Origin: the human T2T-CHM13v2.0 reference genome, Homo sapiens
DNA: 64,000 nt
NCBI RefSeq assembly: GCF_009914755.1
Contig: NC_060926.1
Strand: one strand, 5' to 3'
Program-made: the position numbers and the translations under genes
In this document: piece by piece, positions 38,426 through 55,789 of the stretch
How positions within the stretch are numbered: position 1 is the stretch's first letter
Layout of the letters: each line of letters begins with the position of its first letter
The notes under the pieces: model-generated
The model's input: only the letters and a program-made list of their open reading frames with translations
Told to the model about the DNA's origin: nothing
Databases searched by the model: none

Positions 38426-39429
38426 TAGCATCTATTTTCAAACTTAGGAAAGACTGAAGCAAAAGAATAGGTGATTATCTGTTGGCTTTCTATGTGGTAT
38501 GAATAATTCCTGAAGCTCATGATTCAATTTTCAGTAGAATGTATTTATATTTAGATTTCAGAAAGAAACTCTAACTATAGTGCTTGACAGTTTAGGAACC
38601 AGTAATTAGGAAACTCAGACACTTTCCTTCTGGAAAATCATTTGAAATCAAGAAGATTCACCATTTCCTCCCCCATATTAGGGGCTGTTAGCTTGGAGGG
38701 CACTAGCTGATTGAGATACTCTTTCTTTGGGGCCCTCCTAGTCTTACAGTTTCTTAATTCCAGTATTTTTATTTCTAAAGATGAGGTTTCCATCAGAAAA
38801 TGATATCTGGATGACGCCTTGTCGCCGAAGCAAGCTGGGTTTCCTGTTTGTTTTCAGATGGAACACTAATAGGCTGAAACAAGGATGAATCCAATGAGAT
38901 ACTGGGACAGGACACATAAGGATGTACTTGCCTGACCCTGAGAGTGAGTGTCTCCTTACATTTTGTCCCCTGTCCACTTCATTTGCCTCAGTCTAGACCT
39001 GGCATCTCTAGTTAGGTAATTGTTATCTTTGAGCTTTAACCATAGGGAAATTAATATATGTGCTGCTGAAGCAAGCACCTACCATGGGGGGAATTAAAAT
39101 TATTCTGAAAATGACAGAGATGACGTATTTGGCTGGGACATTCGCGCTTCTGCTGTTCAACTAGGGCTCTCATGAGTTTGACACAAAGCTTTTGTTAAAA
39201 CTGTCTTTGGAACCATTCTGCTCCGGGTAATGTGGCCCCTGACTCAGAGTTTTGGGGACAGAAGATAAACTGACAGTGGCCATCCAGACCTCAACACCCT
39301 CAGCTGCTGGTCCCTTGGGGTATTTCACTACAAGCTTTAATGACGTGCCATCCTCTGGAGTCCTAGATCAGCACTTGCAGGCAACTTGACTCACGTTTAT
39401 TCATATCTCTGCTCATATATTTCCACTTC

Positions 39430-39680
39430 AGAGGTGGAGAAGCGTCCCTATCATCTTGCTAATATATTGCTTACAGTCACTCCCTATCTATCTTTTAGCC
39501 TGCCTTATTTTTCTTCAGAGCACAAATATTGATGAAGAAAGTTCAAGTAATTGCCTATTTTCTCCACTCTGAGTTAGCTCAATGAGAGCAAAAATTTTGT
39601 CTGTTTTGTTCTCTGTAGTATCCTCCAAATATAGCAAGATTTGCTGGCACCGAGTAGGCACTCAACAAATATTAAAAGTT
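39430..39680 (+). mobile_element. L2 3' end
   Basis: gtctgttttgttctctgtagtatcc...ctggcaccgagtaggcactcaacaaatatt. Confidence 0.65.
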
Positions 39681-39830
39681 AAAATAAGCAAATGTATCTG
39701 TAAACAATGCATTTTCTCACAACACTGATTCTCAAAATTGATGGTAATGAGAATCATTTAGTGAGTGGTAATAGTAGTGGAAGAGACAGTAACTTTTAGA
39801 ATGTGGATTTCCAGACCCATCCCTCTAAAT

Positions 39831-40065
39831 CCTGGGTCCTCAATGAGGGGCGATTTTTCCTTGCGGGAACAATTGGCAGTGTCTGGAGATATTTTTTCTT
39901 GTCACTACAGGTGTGTGCGTGTGTATGTCTCTCTGTGTGTGTTTGTATTCCTGGCATCTAGTGAGTAGAGGCCAGGGATTCTGCTAAATATCCTACGAAG
40001 CACAGGATAGCCCCTAGGAATTTTCCAGTCCTAAATGTAAAAAGGGCCATGGTCGAGAAACTCTG
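39831..40065. mobile_element. MER20 hAT-Charlie DNA transposon, inside a MER5-like relic (~39790-40160)
   Basis: MER20 body (ggcatctagtgagtagaggccagggat...gagaaactctg); 8-bp hAT-type TSD CTCTAAAT/CTCTAGAT (39823-39830 / 40066-40073). Confidence 0.8.
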
Positions 40066-41547
40066 CTCTAGATTCTAATTTGGTAGGTAAAGTGGGACAT
40101 TAGATTTTGCATTTTTAACATGTACTCTGAATGATCTGATACAGATGATTCATGGACTCTCAAAATACCATCATCTTCTTTGAATAATTAATTTATTTCT
40201 CTGTGGTTCAATCTCATGAGAACATTATTAGGTACACAGAACATTCGATTAAAACATCTAGTATTTTGCACCAATATGCATGATTCTTGTTGATATAAAA
40301 TAGTTAAAATGAACTTCATGGAGCACCGTCATGACTTATTATTACCAGCGGGAAGCAAGCCAGGGTTAACACCCTCCCTGTCTAGTCAAGTCTTACAGGC
40401 TTGTCAGCACCATTGTCAAGGTCTATGCCTACACAATTACCGCATGCAGTCTGCTTTACTGTCCCACAAAAGAAAAGCACTATAGCAGATAACTGCTTCC
40501 AGGATCCCTGCTGTCAGAGAAAATAAACAAGTTATAACTTCTCCATGGTCCTGCTACCGAGCATTTTCAATGGTGCCGATTGTGGCTTCATTTGGGCGTT
40601 AACATGTTGTTTCTCTCCAGCAAATGGTCCAGCTAACTTTTGACCTTATCTTAGGTCATGTCATATTGATTTCTGACTGAAGTCACTGTTGGAAGATAAG
40701 CCTTTACCCTCCCCCACTACACAACTTAATACTACTCTCAATACGCTAATAACATCTAAATAATTTTTGGTGGGCGAGTGAAGTAACATTTCGTATTTTG
40801 TGCAATGCATAGCGTCAGCCATTGAAGAGGACATCTTTAGCAGGGTACCCAGCAGGCTGTTAGTCTCCTTGCTCCTGCAATACCATAATCTCAACCGTAC
40901 CCCCTCTACTTGTTGCTTTACCTACCATTTACAACCACAGCTTCCTTCACTGACCCAAGCTAGGAACCTCTATGCCTCCTTCTTCTACTTACCTGATTTA
41001 ATTACCTTATATAGTTGTTTCTATTTTTATCATATGGCCCATATCCATTCCCTATTCACCATCTCTGTTTCTGTTTAACCCTTGAAAACCTGTTCCAATA
41101 TTATAGCTGCTCTCTGTTTAGTCTCCCTTCTACTTTTATCTCTCAACTACCTTTCAATCTACCTTCTGATCTATTTCTGTTTTTCTTTTGGAAATAACTG
41201 TTATTATGCAATCCAGTACATATAATTCATAAATGACCACTTACTGTCTATGGAAAAAATGCAAAATCTTCAGATTAACAATAAAGACTCTTCATAACTT
41301 GGGCTCTACCTCCTCCTGCTACATCATAAATTGCTTCTCTAGTATTGTAACAAAATTGTACAACTTAATAAGACGTACTCTTTCACATCTCTGCTTTTTC
41401 CTGTTTTTGTTTTTTTTTTGTTTGTTTGTTTGTTTGGCATGGAGTGTACTCTTTTCTCTGATCCTTTATTAGAGAAACTCTTATTTTTACTGAGAGATAA
41501 ATCTCAAATTAGAAAACATCTAAAAAGTGTTCTTTAATCTCCCTGGA

Positions 41548-42006
41548 CCAGATATAACAGGTGAGTTTCCCTAGGAAGCACACTCTAACACAGAGACTTG
41601 CATGTAGGAAGTTTATTGGGGATGTGTCCTTAGAATCGATACTTGTGTAGGTGGAAGGGCAGAAAGGAAACAGTACTGTCCAGAGAGAAGTTGAATTATG
41701 ATGCAGTCACAACAAAGGGCTCAGCCATTTCTATGAGAAGCTCTGGAGCTAGCATGACCCTTCAGGGTTTTTCTGAATTGGGACAAGGGGACTGGGCCTT
41801 TATGCCTCAATACTGAGAAGTGACTGTATGTGGACTGTGCCAGGAAGAAATGTGACATGGGCAAGCCCCAGGGCAAGTTTTAGAGAGGGACTCAGCTGGG
41901 AGCTGTAGATAACTCATATTTTATCAGCTGAGGGAATAAGTCCCTTCAGTCCTTAAAGCAGAGACTGGGAGGACCTGAAAGCAGAATGCCATAGCATCCA
42001 CCATAC
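41548..42006. mobile_element. MLT1 (F/G/H-like) MaLR LTR
   Basis: ccctaggaagcacactct...gaagtttattggg...gaagctctggagctagcatgacccttcag...agcatccaccata. Confidence 0.65.
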
Positions 42007-42914
42007 CAGAGGTACCCATGCCTCCTGCTCAGACCTTTATTATAGAACTTGGCAGTTTGCACAATGGCTACTTGTTCCCATTTCCTGTTCACCACACTAG
42101 GCTGTTTTTGAATGAGTGAGTTTGGGAGTTGGGCTTATGGATCAGGAGAAGGTGTGGTATGCATCCCAATGCAGTAAAAGTAGCTTGTGCTAGCCCTACC
42201 TTCATTCAGTATAAAAATGTAACTACTTCTATATAACCGATGGATAGCATTGATCTACATATTTGATTACTAGTTTTAAATAAGATTGGCTTCTGTTTCC
42301 CAATAATTAAAAATGTGATTAAAACTCCACAAAGCTTTCAATAGGTGATATTTATGTTTCTCCTTAATAAAAGAATTAGCTTTTTAATAACATTAGTAGA
42401 ATACTAGTGTGCACTTATGAGAAAGAGACACTTTGTCATACAAAAATTTGGGCAAAAGAATGGAAAATAATATTAGATGCCTTTAGTGCCTCGAAACATA
42501 CTTAGATTCCCTCTTGCTTCTATAAGAAAACATTATTACACGATCAAAGACATATATTGAAAGAAAAAAGCTGTGGCTTTTGAATGCAGCTCATTTAGTT
42601 CTGTTCATTAGATGCTAAAGTATAATTAGTTCATTATTATGAATGAAACTGTTCAGGAAATGTAACAGAGTTTTCATAGAAATATATTTAGCATAGCATG
42701 CAATTAGTAATTTACGGTTTATACTATTCATCATCAGTCAGTTGATGTCAACATTAAAATTTCATCTTGAACACTGCCTGGCTTCTCTTTGTTTAACTTT
42801 AAACTTGAAAGTTAAATTTTAGATGTTTTATTCCTAATTATTAAGTTTTAAGCAAATGATTATATAACTATGAGGTACCAAAGTATTTATGGCCTGAAGC
42901 TCAGAAATAATTTG

Positions 42915-43071
42915 ACAAACCAAGGGACACCTGGAGCTACCAGAAACTGGAAGAAGCAAGGAAGGATTCTCCCCAGAACCTTCAAAGAGATACCGTGACA
43001 CCTTAATTTTGGACTTCTGGCTTCCAGAACTGTAAGAGAATAAATTTGTTAAGTCCTAGGAAATGAATACA
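42915..43071 (+). mobile_element. MLT1 (B/C/D-like) LTR 3' fragment
   Basis: ccagaaactggaagaagcaaggaaggattctccc...ttggacttctggcttccagaactgtaagagaataaa...taggaaatgaataca. Confidence 0.75.
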
Positions 43072-43311
43072 GATTTCTATGCCCTCCTAAATGATTGTTT
43101 TTAAATAATTAATCAATACTTATTTATACAACTTCCCTCTGTGATATTTGAGGGTTTGGGGGCTTAGAGATCAACCAGCTCTATGTTAACAAGTTTTGGG
43201 GCTGCTAGATCCCAGAAAGCCAGCGTACACTTGCTGGGCTCGCTGTAGCACCCAGGGAAACTGAAGCAGCCTGGCACAGGTTTTTACATTGGATGAAACA
43301 GAATTCAGGTT

Positions 43312-44200
43312 TGTAGTGAGTTCTTACAATTTTATGTTGCCTCAGCATCCATTTTAAATATAGATTGGATTTTCTCATATCAGAACTGGGGCTTAGTCAC
43401 CCTTCAGTTTCCAGTTCTCCACCTTCTCCCAGTTCCTAAAGGTGGTCGACCCAGATATCTGCCTTATAAAACTGCCTCCTGGTGACCATCTCCCTATGGG
43501 ACAGCTAGATACAACCTATACGACTTGCCCCATTGACCCCCACACCCTGCATGGACTGAGCAGATAGGCTGCAGTGACCACCCCTCAGTTACAGCGTGAC
43601 TCCATGGAGCTCCTGTCTGCTTGCTCTAAATCTACCAATTAGAACTCTCCAAAGGAAACCTTTGTGGGTGACACCCTGGATCCCAATAAAGCCTCTGGCC
43701 CATAGGTCTCTCGCTTTCTTTCTCTTGCTCTCCACCTTCTGGTTGGGCTCACATGTCCAGAGCAGCTTCCCTTTCCCATAGGCTCTACGAGGTCTGCTGC
43801 CCTCTTCTGTCTGTGATTTGTAAGCAATACTGTTTCTGTTACTTCATGTGTTTTGCTGTGCTGCCTCTTCTGTGTCTCACCTGACCCGCACTCCCAAACT
43901 TAACTCTCCTCCTGGTCAGGGCTCCCCTAGAGGGTGGCTACCTTGGTAGGAATAAACTGGACATAGGTCAAAAAATAGCTGTAAAGGTGTCTGCCAGGAT
44001 GAAAAAGTTTTCTGTGCAAGGCATACCTGGTCATGGATGAGACACTTATGCATTAGGCCATCCACCAGAAAGAAAAAGTGTCCCATGAAAGACACATTGT
44101 GAATATCCATGATCACATCCCCTGGAGCCCCATCAGGGCAGGGCTATAATTATACCCACTTTCAAAAGAGACCTCAAGACCAAATCACAGGAAGTATACA
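43312..44200 (+). mobile_element. Solo LTR, MER54-like (ERVL), 889 bp
   Basis: TG...CA termini (TGTAGTGAGTTCTTAC...GAAGTATACA), internal TATAAAA and AATAAA, 5-bp TSD AGGTT/AGGCT. Confidence 0.75.
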
Positions 44201-44293
44201 AGGCTGTTTGTAAATCCCATCCACAAACTGGGACCCCACATTTTTCTCCTTCAAAACAAAGTTCTCCACACTTTGATTAAGAATACTTAGCTC

Positions 44294-44600
<307 letters not shown>

Positions 44601-45087
44601 TCAAGTGTTTTATTTTAGAGGTGAAGAAATTAAAACTCTTAAGCTGTAAATATGTATCCACAGTAACACCACGGTTAATTTTGGGCCCATGTATTCGGGT
44701 TCTTACTACTTTCTACACCCCATTGGCCCATTGGTTAGGAGGACAATTAAGTCTGATACTGAAACATAAACATTGGTAGCTCAATCAAGTATAATCACTT
44801 ATATTTGGAAAACAATATTTGTAAATGTGTATTTACATTTATCTTTACACGTTTTCTACTTTCAAACTTTATGATGTTAACTGCGACACTATGAAGATTA
44901 ACAAAACACGTAGATTACCCTTTACACACTCTACATTTTTGCTACAATCATGATATTTAATCATTATAATAACTTCAGATAAAGTCATTTTCCCAAAGTA
45001 AATGGCAGGGCTGGAACTCAAACATTTACTTTCTAGCTCCCAGCCCATTTTTTTCCCTACTGGAATAGCAGCAAAATGTAGTACAAG

Positions 45088-45200
45088 TAGGGTGACCATG
45101 TAATTAATTGTTAAAAGCTGGGTCATTTTAAGAGTGAAGGAAGCATTATTTATAAATACACTGGGACAAGTGGTGTAAACCAGGACTATGCTGATGAAAC
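45088..45200. mobile_element. MER94-like hAT-Blackjack relic
   Basis: TAGGGTGACCAT terminal repeat followed by ...gagtgaagg...ctgggacaag...gtaaaccaggact. Confidence 0.6.
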
Positions 45201-45602
45201 AGAATATAAAAAATAAGAAGTCTGGGAGATTACTTCGTTTCTTTTAAGCTGAATTTTGAACATTACAAAATTGTAATTTTGTAATTACATTGAACCCGCC
45301 AACGTCCTAGTATGTAATGCAGTTCTGATTAAGAAAAAGGCATCTCTTTAAGTTATGCACTGGAGCATTCACTCTCAACACTGTGGTGGAAGCAACAATG
45401 CATGCCAAGATAGAGCGTACTACAAATATTTGTAAGAATACCTTGAGTGCTCCTTGAGAAATCAGACTTAATGGGAGATACCCATAATTTTTTTTAGGTT
45501 AACTCAAGATGTGGTCCTCTCAGTAGCTATGCATTTTGTAAAGTTCTTGCTCTCTTCTTCCAGCACAGTTGGGCTGATTTTCCTTTGTGATTCTTAAATC
45601 CT

Positions 45603-49618
<4,016 letters not shown>

Positions 49619-49954
49619 AAAAAAATTATTATGTTTTAATTTTTCATGGCTGTGTCCCTCTGCCCCAGTAGAATGTATATCTTATCACTCTGTGCGGTCC
49701 TCGGCACAAAGTGTCAGTTGCTTACCATAGCTAAACTGGATGGGGAAATATTACTATGACCAGGAGAGGGACACAGAAGAACACAGACTTATCTTTCTCA
49801 AAATAGAGAAAGAGAAAAAAAAAAGAATCATGTTAATCGCTTGAAGGACTTACACAAAATTTGGCATGCTTAATTTAACAATATCAATAAACATGAAAAC
49901 AACACTTACATCTATGTGTATGGTATGTGTCAGATACTGTTTAAAGATGCCTTC

Positions 49955-50420
49955 ACACTGCTTGGACACTAAGAAGCAAACCCATCTTAACATGATTTCA
50001 CTCTTTCATAGCCTTTGTTAGCATAACTTTCCTACTTCAAAAGACTCTTGCAGGAAGATAAAGGTTCCAAAGGACTATTTTTTATTACAGGATTTCTCAA
50101 GACCCATTACCTTTTCAATCGAAATCATCAACAAATTACTGCCTAGGATTCATGACTCACTCTCTCTTCAAAATATTCTCCTTACTGTTTTCACCAATCC
50201 TAAACTATCATTATTCTCAGCCAGTCCTCATAAAGATCCTCACTGAAAAAACCTCCTTTCACCTAGACTGCAAAATTTCAGTAAGTCAGACTTTGTCCTT
50301 TCCACTTTAAGATGCTATCAGACTCTGCCAATGTGCTGTTCTCCTGAGTAAGTCATAGTCTCAGCTTTGCTTCATTAAAAGTTTATAAACAGCTTTTGCT
50401 GTTCTGGGGAGCTTTCAGCA
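49955..50420. mobile_element. Possible old ERV1-type LTR relic splitting a MIR (MIR pieces ~49880-49950 and ~50425-50570)
   Basis: LTR-like composition (ccaatcctaaactatc..., attaaaa, ends ...cagca) between two MIR-like halves; family not recognised with certainty. Confidence 0.35.
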
Positions 50421-52879
50421 AGCACTTCACCTATAAATAACTTAACTCTCACAGCAACCCCATGAGGTTTAATGTATTATTATTTACATTTTACAGAAGC
50501 GACCTAAGCCCAAAGTTACACAGTAAGTAGGTGGGAGAGCTGAAATTTGAATCCAGGCTGTCTAGCCCCATGGCCAGTATATCTGTATTAAATTCCTGGG
50601 AGTCATTTAAAAACTACTATAATTGACTTCATTTGGAAGAAATTTCAAAACATTACAATAAATAAAAACATTTCAAAAAAACTACAAGTAAAAATGCAAT
50701 ATTGTATTATTTACAATACATAAATCACTTATTTCTCTGTTCACTTGTTCTGTGTTCTTTCTCCATCTAAAGGAGCAATGATAAACATACTGGCATTTAC
50801 AATGGTCATGATGCAGGAAGAGTGTCTTAATTCCTAAAAACTTTCTGGCCTTTGAAAAATAACCACTGCATTTATAACCCCCGAATGGCCACAGTAGGTA
50901 TACATGAATTTCAACTTGAATTTATACTTCTAGGGAAAGATAATAATCAGTTACTAATTTGTTAACAATACTTCTGGAGTAAAAGTCCATGGATAATCAA
51001 ATGGGGGTGAAAGAAAGGAATTCTCTAAGTGGGTTTTGTTGGGAATTGTCAAAGGTAGGAAGAAATAGGAATATGGATTCTGGAGAGAAAATGTGTAAGG
51101 CTAGATTCCTGTCCTGATGACTGTTATACTTGATTTGAATAAAAATGTTTATCCTAGTGCAATAAAGAAAACTTGAATGGCTTACTAATGTTATATGTGA
51201 TGGATTCAAGGCCCTATATTATGCCAACAACCTAGAAGAATGTGGCAAAACTGACAAAAATTTGCATACAAAAATATAAACTCTGGCTTTTAGATCTGAA
51301 AAATAAATTATGTTGAATGCTTTCTAACAACTAAAGCTGATTTACAGTGAATTAGTCAGCCTCAAAATACAGTGAGTCCTCCAATACAAATATTTAAATA
51401 GAACATAGGTGGACCTCTTTCTGGAATATTGTATGACAATCATATATAATAACATCTAAAGGTCTTTCTAATTCCTAAATCCATGTTATAGATGTACCAA
51501 TGTATTTTGGTAGATCTAAGCCATGCATTCAAACTTCAGTAATGTAGCATTTAGTCATTTCTCAATTTACATATCTTACCAGTAAATATTTTTTGGGTGC
51601 TGCCTAGAGGATTTGGCAAATCCCTTTTCCCTACTTATATACTTGCGCATATGACTTTGGGCATGTCCAGATGTCCAAACAAAGGAGACCTGGAGAGAAA
51701 ATTTATTACAGACTTTGGAGTTAGAAGGCTGGTCTCTGCATCCGAGGTTGCAGAAGAAAGGGAAGATTGGTTTTAATTTCCTGATGTGTCTGAGATTAGA
51801 TCTTGTCCCTCCGTAACCTTCATGTCAGAATTGACTGTCTGAGTGAATCCAAGATTTCAACTATTTGGAGTGTAGTTGACTTACTATGAGTCACCCTTGA
51901 GTAAGCCTGACTGTGGAATAGGAGCCTTTACACTTGACCCTAAGGTTGTTCTGAGCAGTGGTTGTGATAGTAATAGCGTTAGGAGTATCAGTGATTGGAG
52001 GGGGTGACTCAACCAGGGATGCTGCAATTCCAGAATAAAGCATCTCAACTTTGAATTTAACAGTGGTAGCATTGTCAAAGCAAGTCACCTTTAGATGACT
52101 TAGAGGGCATTAAACCATGATGGCCAGATCAAGGGCTGTTATGCTATAGGGCAAAACCACTTTGGGGCTAACACATTTTTATTTCTTGGCCACCAAAATC
52201 CTAGGCATCTGCCATCCAGCACTGATACGGCTTTAAAAAAACTTTTCTGTATTTGAAACTTTTTTATTTAAGTGAGCATAGAAAGCTGAAAAAAATGCTC
52301 TTTTGGCTCTTTAAGAAGCAAGCGTGTGTTGGTACATTATTTCTCTCTTTTTTAAAAAAGTTTATTATTGTAAATAATATTATTCTTATTTTTATTGGTG
52401 TACAGTACAATTAAAACCTCAATAGACTTGTTTAACTATCACCACTGAGCACTTCCATCTCCCCCCAAAACTCTTTCCTCATCCCTAACCTCTGATTTCC
52501 ACTGATTTGCTCTCATCCCCTGCTTTTGCCTTTCCAGGCAGTCAAATAAATGGAATCACATATGTGAACTTTTCAGACTGGCTTCTTTCACTCAGCATAA
52601 TAGTTTTGAGATTCATTTATGTTATTGTGTGTATCAATATTCCCTTCTGATGTTTTATTGCTGGGTGGTATTCTATTGTATAAATATAACACCTTTTGTT
52701 TACTCACGCATTCTTCGAAGATATTGGGGTTATTTCCAGCTTGAGGCTATTGCAATAATGCTGGTATAAACATTTGTGCAGAGGTTTCATGTAAACATAC
52801 ATTTTCATTGCTCTAGGGCAAATATCTAGGTGTAGAATTGTAGGTCATATAATAAGTGTCTTTAACTTTAAAATAATAT

Positions 52880-54150
52880 ATGAGTTATGAGTAATACGCT
52901 ACAAGCAAAGGCAACCAAAGTGAAATGGACAAATGAGATCACATGAAGTTAAAAAGCTTCTGCACAGCAAAGGAAACAATCAACAAAGTGAAGAGATAAT
53001 CCACAGAATGGGAGAAAATATTTGCAAAGTATCCATCTGACAAAGGATTAATAACCAGAATATATAAGGAGCTCAAACAACTCCAGAGGAAAAAATAAAA
53101 CCTAATAATCTAATTTAAAAATGGGCAAGAGATGTGAATAGACATTTCTCAAAAGAAGTCATACAAATAGCAAACAGGCATATAAAAAGGTGCTCAACAT
53201 TATTAATCATCAGAGAAATGTAAATCAAAAATGAGATATCATCTCACCCCATTTAAAAATGCCTTTTATCCAAAAGGATAACAAATGCTGGCAAGGATGT
53301 GGACAAAAGGGGACATTGGTACACTGTTGGTGGGAATGTAAATTAGTACAAGTACTGTGGAGAACAATTTGGAAGTTCCTCAAGAAACTAAAAATAGAGC
53401 TACTACATGATCCAGCATTCCCACTGCTAGGTATATACCTCAAAGAAAGTATGAAGAGATATATGAACTCCCATGTTTGTTGCAGCACTATTCGCACAGC
53501 CAAAATTTAGAAGCAACCTCAGTGTTCATCAGTAGACAAACAGATAAATAAAATGTGGTACGTATACACAATGGAACACTATTCATCCGTAAGAAAGAGT
53601 GAGATCTTGTCATATGCAGCAACATGGCTGGAACTGGAGGTCATTGTGTTTAGTGAAATAAGCCGGGCACAGAAAGACATACTTCACATGTTCTCACTTA
53701 TTTGTGGGAGCTAAAAATTAAAACTATTGAACTCATGGATATAGAGAGTAGAATAGTGGTTACCAGAGGCTGAGAAAGGGTAATTGGTGGGGGAGAGGGG
53801 CTGGTTAATGGGTACGTAGATATAGTTGATGGGTACATAGATGTAGTACATAGATACGTACTACATAGATGTATAGAATGAATATAACCTAGTATTTGAC
53901 AACACAACAGAGTGACTACAGTCAACAATAATTTATTGTTGATTTTAAAATGAATAAAAGACTGTAAATGGATTATTTGTAACACATAGAAATGATAAAT
54001 AATGATAAATGCTTGAGACGATGGTTACCCCATTTACCCTGGTGTGATTATTATGCATTTTATACCTGTATCTAATATCTCATGTACCTCTTAAATATAT
54101 ACACCTACTATGTATCCACAATAATTAAAAATCAAAAAATTAAAAAGAAA
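52880..54150 (+). mobile_element. L1MA (MA2-like), 5'-truncated
   Basis: ORF2 C-terminus ([18 protein letters not shown]) and L1MA-type 3'UTR ending tgtatccacaataattaaaa. Confidence 0.8.
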
Positions 54151-55789
54151 ATACAGTGAAATATATTTTTATAAGAAATGGACTGACATCATTTTGCATT
54201 CCCATGAGAGTTCCAGTTGTCTTGCATCGTCAACAAAACTTGAGATTATCAGTGTCGTTTTCCACTCTAAGTAGGTGCATAGTAGAATCTCATTGTGGTT
54301 TTATTTTGCATATTTCTAGTACTTAATGACATTGAACTTCTCTTAATGTGCTCATTTGCCATTTGTGTATTTTCTTTGGTTAAGTGCCAGTGGAAAATCT
54401 GCTCATCTTTAATTGAATTGTTTACTCTTGAGTTCTGAGAATGCTTTATATATTTACCAAGAATGTATAGTCCTTTGCTTGCCCAGAATATGTAGGCCTT
54501 TGATTCAACAAAAATCCTTTGTTCAGTATGTGATTTGCAAATATTTTTTCATCGTCTATAGCCTGTTTTTTCATTCTCTTACCAGAAACTTTCACACAGT
54601 AAACATTTTTTTAATGAAGTGAAACATACCAACATTTTATTTTATGAATCATGCTTATTATGTCCCATATAAGAACTTTTGGCCAATGTTAAGGTCACAT
54701 AGATTTTCTCCTATGATGTTTTTTCCTAAAATTTGGGAGTTTTACATTTTACATGTAGATTTTAAATCTATTTTCAGTTAATTTTGGATGCAGTATGAAG
54801 GTTAGGTTGAGGTTTACTTATTTTTTTACATATAGATGCATAATTGTTGCAGTATCATTTATTACAGAGACTACCCTTGCTCCATTGAATTATCTTTGTA
54901 TTTTCGTCAAAAGTGAATTGACTGTATTTGTGTGAATGTATTTCTGGACTCTATTCTGTTTCATTGATCTATATGTTTTCACCTCTCCAATGCCACATCG
55001 TCTTGACTACTCAAGCTTTATAATAAACATTAAAACCAGGTAGTATGAATCTTCCAAATTTATTCATTTTAAAATTATTTCAGTGTTTTACTTCCATTCC
55101 CTTTCCACATAAACTTTAGAATCAGGTTGACTACATGTACAAGCTAATACCACAGGGATTTTATTTAGGACTATAGTCAACCTATACATGAATTTGGGGA
55201 AAAGTAACATGTTAAATGTATTGTTATATTGTGTTCCAATTCAGGAAATGCAATATATATTTCCACTTATTTAGGTCTCCAATTTCTTTTATTAGTGTTT
55301 TGTATTTTTCAGCAAACAGATCCTGTGCATGATTTGTTAGAATTCTACTTGTGTTTCATTCTTGTTTGGTGTTTTATTGTGTCTGTGTGTGTGTATGTAC
55401 GTGTATATATGTGTGTATATATGTGTGTATGTGTGTATATATATATGTATAAATTTTGACCTTGTATCCTGCAGACATGGTAAACTTATTTATTAGTTCT
55501 AGGAGACTTTTATAAGTTCCTTGGGACTTTTTACATAGGTAATCATGACATTTGTAAATAGAAAGAGTTTCATTTCACCCTTTCCAATCTGTATGCCATT
55601 TATTTCTTTTTCTTCCTTTATTATACTGGCTAATACTTCTAGCACAATGTTGAATTAGAGTGATGAGATTTAATATCCTTGTTTTGGTTGTAATTTTATG
55701 GGAAAATATTGACTGTTTTATGATTACATATATGGGTTAAAACGTGTTTTCTTTTGACGTACTGTATCAGGTTAAGAAAATTCCCTTCT

